Part shown: positions 1-9,961 of the stretch, piece after piece | How the letters are laid out: each line of letters opens with the position of its first letter | Position numbering within the stretch: the stretch's first letter is position 1 | DNA from: a virus | Reading direction: 5' to 3' (one strand) | DNA: 64,000 nt | Virus record (IMG/VR): IMGVR_UViG_3300050343_000185 | Notes under the pieces: model-generated | What the model was told of the DNA's origin: nothing | The model's input: only the letters and a program-made list of their open reading frames with translations | Databases searched by the model: none | Program-made: the position numbers and the translations under genes

Positions 1-1031
1 GACCATAATGGATAATCAGGCAGTCCAAATCTTACACCAAAATCTAATTCCAATCCAACTTCAGTCCAACCAGATGGTCCAGGAGAGTTTGGATCATATG
101 TGACTCCCTGAAAGGTTACAGATATGAGATCAGGAAGATCTAATCTATAGATGTTATTACCTTCACCATCAGTACCTTTCTGTGGCATGTATCTAATACC
201 ACCATAACTATGGTTGGTGATGGTAGGATTTTTAATTCCTGTTTCTGGATTGATTGGTTTGTTTAAATGAAATGCTCTAAGGTAATCAAAGGTAAGTAGA
301 GGAGGAAATTGTTGCCCACTATCCCACGAATCTGTCACTGCCATATTATAAATGTTTGCCTCAGTCGCCCACCCATAATGTCTACCTGCCGCAGTTCCGG
401 TAACATGTATCCCATGGAACTGAGAGGTATTGAGGTTGGGAGCATAGACAATTGTTCCTGTTGGACGAACCTGGTTATCATCGTCAATAGAACTAACAGA
501 ACTATTCAGTTCGTTGAACCATTGATACTCAACAAACCTTGATTGTATTGTTGAAGGACTATACCACTCCTGACTATCAAATGACACAGGATCATCTACG
601 ATAACTACATCAACATGTCTTCCATTATTAAATACTTCTACATTATCAGTAACAATTTCTGTTGTTATCGGGTCACCCCATGTATTCTTCCTTCTCTGTG
701 CTTGATCTCCAGCACAATGTAGTTGTCCCCACTGTCTTAAATTAGAATTTAATGTTGTTCCTACAGGACCATCTTTCCAAAAATCCCCACCAATATTATA
801 AGGTTCGTTGTTAATAACTTGTCGTTTAATTTGAAAGCTATCTACTGCTTCAACTCCCCATACTCTAGGGTCTTGACGCAATCTTTCTGCTTGATCTTCT
901 GTCATCATATAGTGTGTGTTCCTACTCATAGGACGCTTCATCACTAAAGGAAATCCAGTAAGTTGCATCTCATTATAAAACTTCTCCAGATCATTTTTAT
1001 CACGGAGAGTTACAACATATTGTTTATCCAT
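1..1031 (-). CDS. Subtilisin-like (S8) serine peptidase, probably virion-associated; 3' end runs off the window
   Basis: Manual translation from ATG at 1031 (MDKQYVVTLRDK...) stays open to the window edge. It contains VDVVIVDD (catalytic Asp) and HGIHVTGTAAG (catalytic His). Not in the ORF track because there is no stop codon. Confidence 0.75.
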   Translation of the reverse strand, partial: MDKQYVVTLRDKNDLEKFYNEMQLTGFPLVMKRPMSRNTHYMMTEDQAERLRQDPRVWGVEAVDSFQIKRQVINNEPYNIGGDFWKDGPVGTTLNSNLRQWGQLHCAGDQAQRRKNTWGDPITTEIVTDNVEVFNNGRHVDVVIVDDPVSFDSQEWYSPSTIQSRFVEYQWFNELNSSVSSIDDDNQVRPTGTIVYAPNLNTSQFHGIHVTGTAAGRHYGWATEANIYNMAVTDSWDSGQQFPPLLTFDYLRAFHLNKPINPETGIKNPTITNHSYGGIRYMPQKGTDGEGNNIYRLDLPDLISVTFQGVTYDPNSPGPSGWTEVGLELDFGVRFGLPDYPLW

Positions 1032-1032
1032 A

Positions 1033-2007
1033 TCAAACCTCTAATGGAACTAAAGTTAATGTGATTTGTAAGCTCACCGGACCACCACTCTTGTTAACAA
1101 TTTTAGCATAAGTAATATTAGATCCACCACTATTATAACAAATTGTTCCTGGTGTAATTAATTGTGTTACAGCACCTGTAGTTACAATCTCTGCTAATAC
1201 ACCAGAACCAGGAACTGGATCAGTAGTTTCTGATCTACTCTGATCATTTGATCTGCTAGTTGTATCTGCATACAACGTTGCCCAAACAGCATGAGATGTT
1301 TCCATCTTCAATAGAGCATATGTTTTTGGTGTCGTAATTGAAATATCAGTAGCAACATTATCTTGAATTCCATTAGCAGTATACGAAATAGTTTTTCTAA
1401 CACTAGGAGCATCAGCATTTACCCAATTGCTACCATTATAACTAAGAACTTGTCCCGTAGTAAGAGTTGTCTCTACAACATTACCAACAGCATCTAGCGA
1501 TCCCAGAGACCCTGCAGATCCAGTGACACTAATAGTATAAGATCCTGATAGTCTAGCAGCAGGTAATGTGCCAGCATTTTGATTGCTAGAGTTTAGATAG
1601 TAAGATCCCTCTTGTCCGTCTAAGAGATCAGCATCTAGTCCACCGCCAATACCAGTAGCAGTATTTTCCCACTTGAGATTTGATTGATTCCATGCCAACA
1701 CATCTCCATCAGTAGGAACTCCATGGTTAACATCAAGGTGTGTATTAAGATTACCAGTTGATGTCAGATAAGATGAAAGATCGGGTGGAGTTAATGTAAA
1801 AACACCATCATTAAAATTATATGCTAGTGAACCACCCCCAGAAGCAGCAGCATTAGTAGCACTAAAGACAGTTCTGTCTGTAGCAGTAGCACCACCGCCA
1901 GCAGCAGTCCAACTCTCGCCGTTCCACGAGTAAGTAATACCTGCTACAACATAGGTAAATGTTCCATCTACTGCTTGCCCTGCTGTTGAGGGAAAATTAA
2001 TTGCCAT
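1033..2007 (-). CDS. Tail fibre-like structural protein
   Basis: 324 aa, G/S/T-rich. Has DADLLDG and GQVLSYNGSNWVN fibre motifs. Its C-terminal module is shared with the fibre gene ending at 5644. Confidence 0.75.
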   Translation of the reverse strand: MAINFPSTAGQAVDGTFTYVVAGITYSWNGESWTAAGGGATATDRTVFSATNAAASGGGSLAYNFNDGVFTLTPPDLSSYLTSTGNLNTHLDVNHGVPTDGDVLAWNQSNLKWENTATGIGGGLDADLLDGQEGSYYLNSSNQNAGTLPAARLSGSYTISVTGSAGSLGSLDAVGNVVETTLTTGQVLSYNGSNWVNADAPSVRKTISYTANGIQDNVATDISITTPKTYALLKMETSHAVWATLYADTTSRSNDQSRSETTDPVPGSGVLAEIVTTGAVTQLITPGTICYNSGGSNITYAKIVNKSGGPVSLQITLTLVPLEV

Positions 2008-2039
2008 TTCTTAAAGTGCTCCTTCCGTAGTATTTAGAA

Positions 2040-3002
2040 TTACCATGTTGCAAGTGCTGCTCTCTTCCACGTATCAGTAGCAATACAGATGTATACATAA
2101 TCTGCATCATATCTGATATCACCTACACTGCCCGTAGAACTAGCAGTAGCAGGAGGGTTAGAAGATAATGATGGAGCGAGTGGTGGTGAAGCATCAACCC
2201 ACTGTGTGCTATCAGTATCGTTGTAGTAAATCTTTAAGCGTCCTTTATCACTCTCCCACCACAGATCACCCGCATTAGCAGAACCAGGAGCAGTGTCTGA
2301 GATGGTTACATTAGCACCACCGCCTCCACCAGTAGGAGCAGCAGGTCCCCAGTTAGATCCATCCCACGTTAAAACATCACTCGCACTTGGTGCTGTAGTA
2401 GCAACATCAGCAAGTTCGCCAAGAGAAGAACCAGTGTCTAATAGTTGCGTCCAAGCACCAGCATGTGCGAAGTATCCATGACCTTCAGCATGAACGTGAG
2501 CGAACATACCATGATAGGTAGTTGCATTTGGAAGATCAACTGAGTTGGCAAAATTATTAGAGTAATAAATTTTACCTGTAGTTGTAATATCTCTAGCAGT
2601 GGTAGATCCAACTGACAAGACAGCATCCAATGATTGTGATTCTGCCGTTAGATATCCGGCAAGACTATGATCGCCCCATCCATATGCAGTATCCCATTCA
2701 GTAATCTTAGCGGCAGTTACATTAGCAGCATCAGAAGCAGAGAATACAGGATCAGTTTCAGTATAGGTTGTTAAGTATCCAGCACCAGCATGATCTCCCC
2801 ATCCATGTGCTGCGTTCCAGTTATTAATATTCTGAGTAAGAATACCAAACGATGGAGAACTAGTAAAGATAGGGTCAGTTTCAGATGAGGTAAACTGGAA
2901 CCTACCTAAAACTTTCCACGTTGTTCCATCATAAGTCCAAGTTACACCACCAAATGTATACGTGTCGTTAATATTTGGTGATGCAGGAAAATCTAATGCC
3001 AT
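2040..3002 (-). CDS. Tail fibre-like structural protein
   Basis: 320 aa. MALDFP N-terminus, ETDP(I/V)F..WGDH repeats and a GDLWWESDKG module. Confidence 0.75.
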   Translation of the reverse strand: MALDFPASPNINDTYTFGGVTWTYDGTTWKVLGRFQFTSSETDPIFTSSPSFGILTQNINNWNAAHGWGDHAGAGYLTTYTETDPVFSASDAANVTAAKITEWDTAYGWGDHSLAGYLTAESQSLDAVLSVGSTTARDITTTGKIYYSNNFANSVDLPNATTYHGMFAHVHAEGHGYFAHAGAWTQLLDTGSSLGELADVATTAPSASDVLTWDGSNWGPAAPTGGGGGANVTISDTAPGSANAGDLWWESDKGRLKIYYNDTDSTQWVDASPPLAPSLSSNPPATASSTGSVGDIRYDADYVYICIATDTWKRAALATW

Positions 3003-3035
3003 TTCTAGACTATACTACCTTTCAAATATATTTAG

Positions 3036-3311
3036 TTATCTATTGTAGTACCCTCTTGGGAAGAGCAATCCAAAGTATGGTCTCCTACCACGTAGGAATC
3101 CACGTTCAGACCTTCTACGTTCACGAGGAGAAGCACCTTTGTCTAGATCAGTAATGTCAAAATTTTGTGGTCCCAATGGAGGACCAGAAACTCTATCTAA
3201 ACTAGAGAAGTCTGGTGTGATAACCGCAGTAGAAGTAGTAGCAATCAATTTAGTTGTGTCGAAACCAGACACCACAGCGCCTGGTGTTTCGGAGAGTGTT
3301 ATATTTGCCAT
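3036..3311 (-). CDS. Hypothetical protein
   Basis: 91 aa ORF whose start overlaps the upstream stop codon by 1 nt. Confidence 0.6.
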   Translation of the reverse strand: MANITLSETPGAVVSGFDTTKLIATTSTAVITPDFSSLDRVSGPPLGPQNFDITDLDKGASPRERRRSERGFLRGRRPYFGLLFPRGYYNR

Positions 3312-5638
3312 CAGGTTGTACGTGCGAGGAATAGCATACCCATAGAACTATTATTATCTACGTTATCAAGACCGTTCTGACTAGTTTGATATCCAGCTAG
3401 AACAACTTCATAAATCTCAGAAGCACTGACTGTTACAGTATCTCCTGGTCTGAATACAGTTGCTCCTGGTGTAGTTGAGAACTGAAGCATGACAAAATCA
3501 TCAGGTAAGTAGTAAGGGCATGGAACCATGTTATGTGCGACAGGAATACCTTTGATTGGTTTGTAATAATCAGCAGCAGGATTTACAGAATTACCATTAT
3601 ATTGATCGTAAGTGCTGTTTCTATAGTAAGTCATAATCTCATTACTAGTAGTTTCTTCATTGTCAGTGTCAATATTACATTTATATCTTGACAAGAAATT
3701 AGTTCCATAATTTGTATCTCTCATGTATCCGTAAGAAGCTTCCCTAGATTTAGAGTATGTGTTTGCTGGTTCTTCAGTTGGTCTATCAGTAGATCCGGCA
3801 TAATATCCGGGGGAAATATATGACATGTCAATAGCTCTAGTTGTGGTGCTATACTGTGTGATTGATCCAATGTATACATTGTCTAAGTCCCAGACATTGG
3901 ATCCAAAGGTAGCACCATTATGAATTGTGAATTGTCCGTATGGAATAATACTTCCATTAATTGTTTGGGTGAATTGAATGACCGCAAAATTTGTATCTTG
4001 TGGTGCCTGTGCTCTATACACCCTGATACTCAATGGATAAGCAGTTGGTGTCGAGGAACTAGCATATGTAAATCTCGTGAAAGAACTATTACTATCTCTA
4101 TTAATATAATTTTGACTATTTCGTCTATCTAATCCAGGAGCTCCACCAAAGTATCCATATTCAGTTGTACCATTAAGAATTCCAGAATTTGTGCCAAATC
4201 TATTTAAGTAATTCCAATGATTACCACTATTAATATACATGGTATTGCTATTATAATTTGCCGTACCAAAACCATAATATGATGTGCCATAATCTTTAGC
4301 AGCATCATTCACAACTTTCAATACAGCAAAACGACCGTCATCACTTTTCTGATAGAAGTTAGATCCTGCACCCAAATTTGTTATGTAAATTTGACAGACT
4401 CCATCATTAGCACCAGTAGAAGATTCTGGAGTTCTTGTACCAAAATTAATATCATCCGATGGAGTCTGTCCACCAACCTGATCTCCTGGGATTGTAAACG
4501 TATCACCATTAGTCCATCCAGATCCAACACTATGAATTGTAATTCCTTCAAGTTCCGAACTTTGACTTACATCTCTATAAACTCTCAATTTTAATTCCGA
4601 TCTACCACCATTTGCTGGAACAGTATATTTCCAGTATGGATCCCATCCTGAGTTAGAACTAGCTCTTGGATTAACACGGATTTCTCCTTTCATACCAGCA
4701 TGGGTATCATTAGCATAGATATACTTTTTGATTCCATAATTGTCAGTGATAGATCTGTATACTAAAGGAATTCTCTCATCAGGAAGGCTTCTTTCATCTT
4801 CAGTTTGTTTCCAATAATAAGCTTGCCAATTCAATTCACCGGAGGTAATATTACTAGTGCTAGCAAGAGATGCAGAGCTAGTAGTAGCGTAAGACGTTCT
4901 AAAAGTCGAATCATTTAGTAGTTTAGCAGCATCGTAGTTATCAGTGCCGCCACAGAGACTGAAGTCACCACCACTTGTGTCAGTTACATTAAACTTAATC
5001 TGATCTCCAGTTCCTATTTCAATAGTGCGGTTATCAAATTGAGCGTCATCAATGTCTCTAAAGTAAGAAAGACTAGAACCTAGTGCAGCACTATCACTCC
5101 AAATATTACCATACAACAAATCAATTGCTACTCCATTACCAGCATCAACAGCATTAGCCGCTAGTTTAATCTTTGTAGAATCAACTACAATAACATAATA
5201 AACTGTATCTAATGTAAGTCCATTTAAATTTTTGTTATTATCAGATTCACCAGGACCCCAGTGAATTGGATCTCCTGTTGTTAAACCATGCATCCAACTA
5301 AAAGTAATCTCATCAGTATCAGAGTTAGGACCACCAGATGTATAAGTCGCAATAATATTTTTTTTCAGCATTCTATATGCCGAAGTTCCCTGACTGATCA
5401 CATCATATTGCCATACACGATATGAAAGATTTCCCCGATCCTGAACAGCAGTATTCCATCCTAAATTAAAACCTCTTTCTCCTGTTGGAGAAACAACAGT
5501 TACAGGAACTCCACTTACAGCGGAACCACCATGAAATCCTAGGTTGGCAAACACAGTCTCTAACGCATCCATTACGTCGGTATTAGTCCAACCTGTGTTG
5601 CCGTTATTGACATCAACGACTGACCTTAAAATTGCCAT
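3311..5638 (-). CDS. Large virion structural / receptor-binding-like protein
   Basis: 775 aa, beta-rich G/S/N/T composition, within the tail-fibre cluster. Confidence 0.65.
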   Translation of the reverse strand: MAILRSVVDVNNGNTGWTNTDVMDALETVFANLGFHGGSAVSGVPVTVVSPTGERGFNLGWNTAVQDRGNLSYRVWQYDVISQGTSAYRMLKKNIIATYTSGGPNSDTDEITFSWMHGLTTGDPIHWGPGESDNNKNLNGLTLDTVYYVIVVDSTKIKLAANAVDAGNGVAIDLLYGNIWSDSAALGSSLSYFRDIDDAQFDNRTIEIGTGDQIKFNVTDTSGGDFSLCGGTDNYDAAKLLNDSTFRTSYATTSSASLASTSNITSGELNWQAYYWKQTEDERSLPDERIPLVYRSITDNYGIKKYIYANDTHAGMKGEIRVNPRASSNSGWDPYWKYTVPANGGRSELKLRVYRDVSQSSELEGITIHSVGSGWTNGDTFTIPGDQVGGQTPSDDINFGTRTPESSTGANDGVCQIYITNLGAGSNFYQKSDDGRFAVLKVVNDAAKDYGTSYYGFGTANYNSNTMYINSGNHWNYLNRFGTNSGILNGTTEYGYFGGAPGLDRRNSQNYINRDSNSSFTRFTYASSSTPTAYPLSIRVYRAQAPQDTNFAVIQFTQTINGSIIPYGQFTIHNGATFGSNVWDLDNVYIGSITQYSTTTRAIDMSYISPGYYAGSTDRPTEEPANTYSKSREASYGYMRDTNYGTNFLSRYKCNIDTDNEETTSNEIMTYYRNSTYDQYNGNSVNPAADYYKPIKGIPVAHNMVPCPYYLPDDFVMLQFSTTPGATVFRPGDTVTVSASEIYEVVLAGYQTSQNGLDNVDNNSSMGMLFLARTT

Positions 5639-5643
5639 CTGTA

Positions 5644-8600
5644 TTATTCTCCGATCTGTAGTGCTGTTAGAGTAACTGTAATTGTAGTTGCCGATCCACT
5701 TCTGTTAGTGACTGACAAATAAATGGTGTCCGTTCTTGGACTATCATTATTAAACCCCATGATGCCTGGGGATATTAGAATTGATTCTGCTCCAGATGTT
5801 CTCACTTCAGAAATAACACCGCTACCTGGGGTAGGATCTTCTCCCTCACTTCGTGTAGTATCAGCATCTCTTGACGCATCATCTACATACACTCGCACCC
5901 ATGCCTCAGCATCAGTAGTAACTTTAAATAACGAATAGGCTTTGTAACCTGTAATATTTAGTTCTGCTGATTGGTCAGCAGCAAGTGATGCGGTAGTTCC
6001 AGAAAGATCTTGAATTGATGGAACACTAGAACCACCAGTAGCAGTCAGGACTCCATTGCCATCGATAGATAAACCAGAACCTACTTTAATACCACCAAGT
6101 GTTGTGGCATCTGCTGTTGGTAGTGTATATCCCCCAGCATTAGCACTAAGAATACCATCGCCATCTATGCTCAGATTAGCACCAACTTTAATACCACCTA
6201 AAGTTCCTGCTGCAGCAGTAGGTAATGCATATGCTGACGGAATAGATGGTTTATTGAGAATCTCTGCTAGTCCTGATGTTGCATCCCAGTCTGGTTGAAC
6301 TGGTGCTGTGCTACTAATAGTAATTTTTTCATTGGGACCATCCCAAGAAACGTCAGTTCCACCACCACCAGTAATTTCAATATTATCTTCGTTATTATTA
6401 GCATCCAGTAGAGTAATAATAGCATTATTGCTATTAGTATTAGAACCCACTAAGTCATAAGTAGTTCCACCACCACCTCCACCGCCTGCTTGTGCTGTGG
6501 CACTAAGAGAGTTGTTAGTATCATCATATGTAAATGTGATATTTGTATGTGTACCATTAGCAAACATCGTAGCAACAGCATCTTGTGCTTCCTCATCAGT
6601 ATAGAACTGAGAAGAAATATCAGGTGCTCTGAATGTAATTGTATTTGCGTCAGTGTTTTCTACTGTTAAACCATCAGCACCAGCAAAAACAACATCATCT
6701 AGGACTCCCTGACTATCAGTTAATCTTAAGATGGAGTTAGCACCAGAAGATGCCTCAACAGAAATGCCATACGTGGTGTCAACTACATCATTGTTGAATG
6801 TAATCTCGTTATTAGATTTGACTACTGATAATCCTGTTCCTGCTGTCAGGATAATATCACTAGTAACACCTTGAGAATCCGATAATCTTACAATTTTTCT
6901 AGCATTATTATATGCTGCTGATCCACCTGTAGTATAATCTATTGCGCTAACAGAATATGTTAGTTGAGTATTAGCAAGTAGTGTAGCAAAGTCGGATGAA
7001 GTGGAACTATTGGTAGTAACAAGTCTCTGACTAGTCCAACTTACAGAGTTGGAATAATACATCGCACCAGTCGCTTCAGAGTATGAGAAAGCACCAGTAT
7101 TTACATTTGCTCCAGGGAAGAATGCTACACTAGCATACACATTTTCAAATGGATCGCCAACAGGAGAAGCATCAACCCACTGTGCTGTGTTGCCATCATC
7201 ATACCACACCTTCATGGTGCCTTCATCAGACTTCCACCACATGTCTCCTGGCGATGGACTAGATGGAGCAGCATCTGAAATAGATGCTTTAGCAGTAATT
7301 GATGCTGGAGCATTTACCCAATCACTACCATTATATGATAATACATCACCATTAGTTGGGTGTGCTAATTGTAACATCACCAAGAGAATTGATAGAACTT
7401 GAAGTTGTTAGATACCCAGCATCATTTGTAAGTTCACTTGCGTTGATAGCAAAATTATAATAGGTAGATCCATCGTTAGTAAACTGCCACCTATCAGTGG
7501 TTTCATTCCATTTAATACTTACATCAGCATCAGTACCCCTCTCATTTGTAAGGAGAGCATCTAATCCACCAGACGCTTGGTTCTCGTTGAGAACTATTTC
7601 GTTATTAGTTACATTTAAGGTTGAAACGTTATTAGTAGTTGTTGTTCCAAGAACATTTAAATTTCCACTTATATTAAGATCGGTTAGAGTAACTGTAGTT
7701 GTTGTGCTAGCTCCTCTGGCAGTAATACTAGCTAGTGTATCGGTTTCTGTATACGATTCTAAGTATGATGGAGTATAATTAATCCAATTAGAACCATTAT
7801 ATTTCAACAACTGATCTGCAACTGGTCCACTAATAGCAACATCACTCAATAATCCAATTGAAGAGGAAGAAAGACCAGTTAGATAACCTGCTTGCCCATG
7901 ATCTCCCCACGTATAAGCAGTGTCCCCAGTTAGATACATTAGTAAGAGTAATTCCAGCAGCAACTGAAGCAGTGAATACAGGGTCAGTCTCTGAATATGA
8001 GGTTATATAACCCTGAGTGGCATGATTACCCCACCCATATGATGTGTCCCAGTTAGTCTTATTCTGTGTAGTAATTCCAGCAGCAACTGAAGCATTAAAT
8101 ACAGGGTCAGTCTCAGTATATGTTGTAATATATCCTGCTTGACTATGATCTCCCCAAGAATATGCAGTACTCCAGTCGATTCTATTCTGACTGGTAATCT
8201 GATACGCTGGAGACGCTAAGAAAATAGGATCTGTTTCTGTATATGTTGTAAGATATGAAGAAAGATCTGGCGGAGTAAATGTAAACTCACCATTTGCTTG
8301 GTTGTATGTTAGTGTCGAAGAACCAACACCAGTTAATACAATACTAGGTTGTGCTGGAATAACTGGTTTGTTTAAAATCGCAGAAACATCATTACCAGTA
8401 GCATTCCAATTAGATTGAATTTGAGCAGCAGGAATTGTAGGTGTGTTGGTAAGACTAAGATAACTGCCATCAAAAGGAGTAGTCCACTGAATAGAAGCAC
8501 CAGTTGCTGTAAGAACTTGACCAGAAGCACCTGGAATGCCTGCTGCTTGTAGTGGTTTTCCAGCAGGAATATTTACACCCTCCTTCACCTCAACAGGAGA

Positions 8601-8645
8601 GTTATCCCCGTAGTTGGCAATTTGGTTTGCAAGAATTTTTGACAT
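5644..8645 (-). CDS. Long tail fibre protein (about 1000 aa), split by two +1 indels
   Basis: ORFs 7842-8645, 7352-7963 and 5644-7383 join into one frame if one base is removed at the C-run 7924-7927 (restores SNWDTAYTWGDH) and one at the G-run 7358-7360 (restores STPTNGDVL). A late promoter (ATAAATA, 8683-8689) lies upstream. Confidence 0.8.
7900..8250 (-). repeat. Three tandem ~41-aa coding repeats (YTETDP(I/V)F...W.TAY.WG.H..GY)
   Basis: Visible in the translation. Two more copies lie at about 2640-2890. Confidence 0.75.
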
Positions 8646-8685
8646 ACTTCCAGTCCTGAAGACACTATTTCTAAGCTAGAAGTAT

Positions 8686-9138
8686 TTATGAATATACAAG
8701 ATTGCCTGCTACTATACTACGTCCAACACCTTTATTAGGAGGAACATAGTGATCCACATACCCAGGAAATAATAGCATCATACCAGCAACAGGTTTAATC
8801 CTCTTGCTCATTCCCCTGAATACAATTGGAGATGACCCTGGTGGTGTATTAACATAGTAAACAAAAGACCAGTCATTGTGTATATGATTATGAAAGGTTT
8901 GATAATGTCCCTCGTTATATACTTGACCCCATAAGTCAACTAACTTGGTTGGTTTATCAAGCAAACTCTTTGCGTAGTCGGCAAGAACATTAAATTCTTT
9001 AACATCAAAACAATCCCACTGTGTCATCAATGCTCCCTTATCACTGATAACACTGTTGTCACATATAATTTTATGGAGAACAGGATTAATATCTGCTGCT
9101 TCTGGATACTTATGTGCTTGTATATCTCCTATCTTCAT
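8686..9138 (-). CDS. 2OG-Fe(II) oxygenase superfamily protein
   Basis: FHNH...WSFVYYV...LFPGYVDHYV...RSIVAGN jelly-roll motifs. Confidence 0.75.
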   Translation of the reverse strand: MKIGDIQAHKYPEAADINPVLHKIICDNSVISDKGALMTQWDCFDVKEFNVLADYAKSLLDKPTKLVDLWGQVYNEGHYQTFHNHIHNDWSFVYYVNTPPGSSPIVFRGMSKRIKPVAGMMLLFPGYVDHYVPPNKGVGRSIVAGNLVYS

Positions 9139-9153
9139 ATCTATATTTTAAAA

Positions 9154-9225
9154 AGCGAATGATCGGACTTGAACCGACGACATCTAACTTGGAAGGATAG
9201 CGTTCTACCGCTGAACTACATTCGC
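9154..9225 (-). tRNA. tRNA-Gly(TCC)
   Basis: GCGAATGTAGTTCAGCGGTAGAAC...CT-TCC-AA...GGTTCAAGTCC...ATTCGCT cloverleaf; no encoded CCA. Confidence 0.95.
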
Positions 9226-9248
9226 AAAAAAAGGGGAGGTCAATCCCC
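9226..9248 (-). terminator. Intrinsic terminator-like hairpin
   Basis: GGGGATTGACCTCCCC followed by T7. Confidence 0.7.
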
Positions 9249-9249
9249 T

Positions 9250-9400
9250 AAGGCACATGCACGCCACTTGTTTGTTTCAGTTGTAAACAAGAACCAACCA
9301 CACGGAAGGGGTTTTGGCACCACCACTTACTTTTTATCAGAAGTAAGAAACTGAGCGGCAACGTAATCACCCGCACCAGGGCTAGTTTAGAGTCTTACCG
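9250..9400 (-). ncRNA. Structured ncRNA, manA RNA motif-like
   Basis: Non-coding 150 nt with hairpins CTTACTT/AAGTAAG and CTTGTTT/AAACAAG, each in a repeated G(T/G)TTCTT...AAGTGG(T/C)G submotif. It is adjacent to a tRNA, as described for cyanophage manA RNAs. Assignment is from recall, not a covariance-model search. Confidence 0.6.
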
Positions 9401-9403
9401 AGA

Positions 9404-9709
9404 CTAACTGAAGGTGATACTATCATCACTATTAGTATTGATACTAATGTTACCACCAAAATCAATAACATTATCAAAATTATCCAAATCTCCCCCAGGA
9501 CGAGGGAGATAATCAGACGACAGATTGAAATTGTAATTTGAATCATAAGCAAAATGAGTTAAGTCATTTACTTTTTTATTCAGATTACTGATTGCTTGAT
9601 ACTGAGTAAACAGTTCGGACAAACAATCTTCATCTCCCTCAGCAAGAGCGTTAATCAGTGCTTGACGGAGTGCTTCTTCAGCAGCTTGAACTTGTGATCT
9701 TACGCTCAT
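9404..9709 (-). CDS. Hypothetical protein
   Basis: 101 aa ORF co-oriented with its neighbours. Confidence 0.65.
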   Translation of the reverse strand: MSVRSQVQAAEEALRQALINALAEGDEDCLSELFTQYQAISNLNKKVNDLTHFAYDSNYNFNLSSDYLPRPGGDLDNFDNVIDFGGNISINTNSDDSITFS

Positions 9710-9718
9710 AATAACCTC

Positions 9719-9961
9719 TTAGTTTGTTACAGTGTCACGGACATAGCAGGGCACACCATCTGGATCTAACCATTTGGTATACTCTACATCTTCTAGACAG
9801 GTGTCTAGTTGCATTTGGTTGTCAAGGAAATACATGTCAAAGTATCTCTTCTTCCACTCATGATACTTTTGAATACGGTAGTCAGGTCTACCGTTGATCT
9901 CCAGAAGACCGCACTGAACGTAGCGGTAAGGAAATCTCTCAAGAATGACAGTGGGTTTCAT
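9719..9961 (-). CDS. Conserved cyanophage hypothetical protein
   Basis: MKPTVILERFPYRYV... The start overlaps the transporter stop (ATGA). Confidence 0.65.
   Translation of the reverse strand: MKPTVILERFPYRYVQCGLLEINGRPDYRIQKYHEWKKRYFDMYFLDNQMQLDTCLEDVEYTKWLDPDGVPCYVRDTVTN

Noticed and set aside
309-542. Plus-strand ORFs throughout the track (e.g. 309-542, 16306-16809, 27716-28201)
   Set aside because: They are antisense shadows of well-supported minus-strand genes, with no motifs or ribosome-binding sites.
2640-2890. CRISPR-like array
   Set aside because: The repeats are degenerate in-frame protein repeats, not identical repeats with unique spacers; no cas genes.
7352-7963. Programmed ribosomal frameshifting in the tail fibre and other split genes
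   Set aside because: No X XXY YYZ slippery heptamers or downstream structures at the junctions. Both +1 and -1 events occur, several per gene, which fits sequencing error.
1033-8645. Diversity-generating retroelement or invertible tail-fibre cassette
   Set aside because: No reverse transcriptase, invertase, TR/VR pair with adenine-specific mismatches, or flanking inverted repeats were seen.
9204-9243. Promoter using TTGACC in the terminator loop to drive tRNA-Gly
   Set aside because: The corresponding -10 would fall inside the tRNA itself and is non-consensus.
9169-9354. 61-aa plus-strand ORF and 12403-12690 plus-strand ORF
   Set aside because: They are antisense to tRNA genes and the structured RNA; not protein coding.
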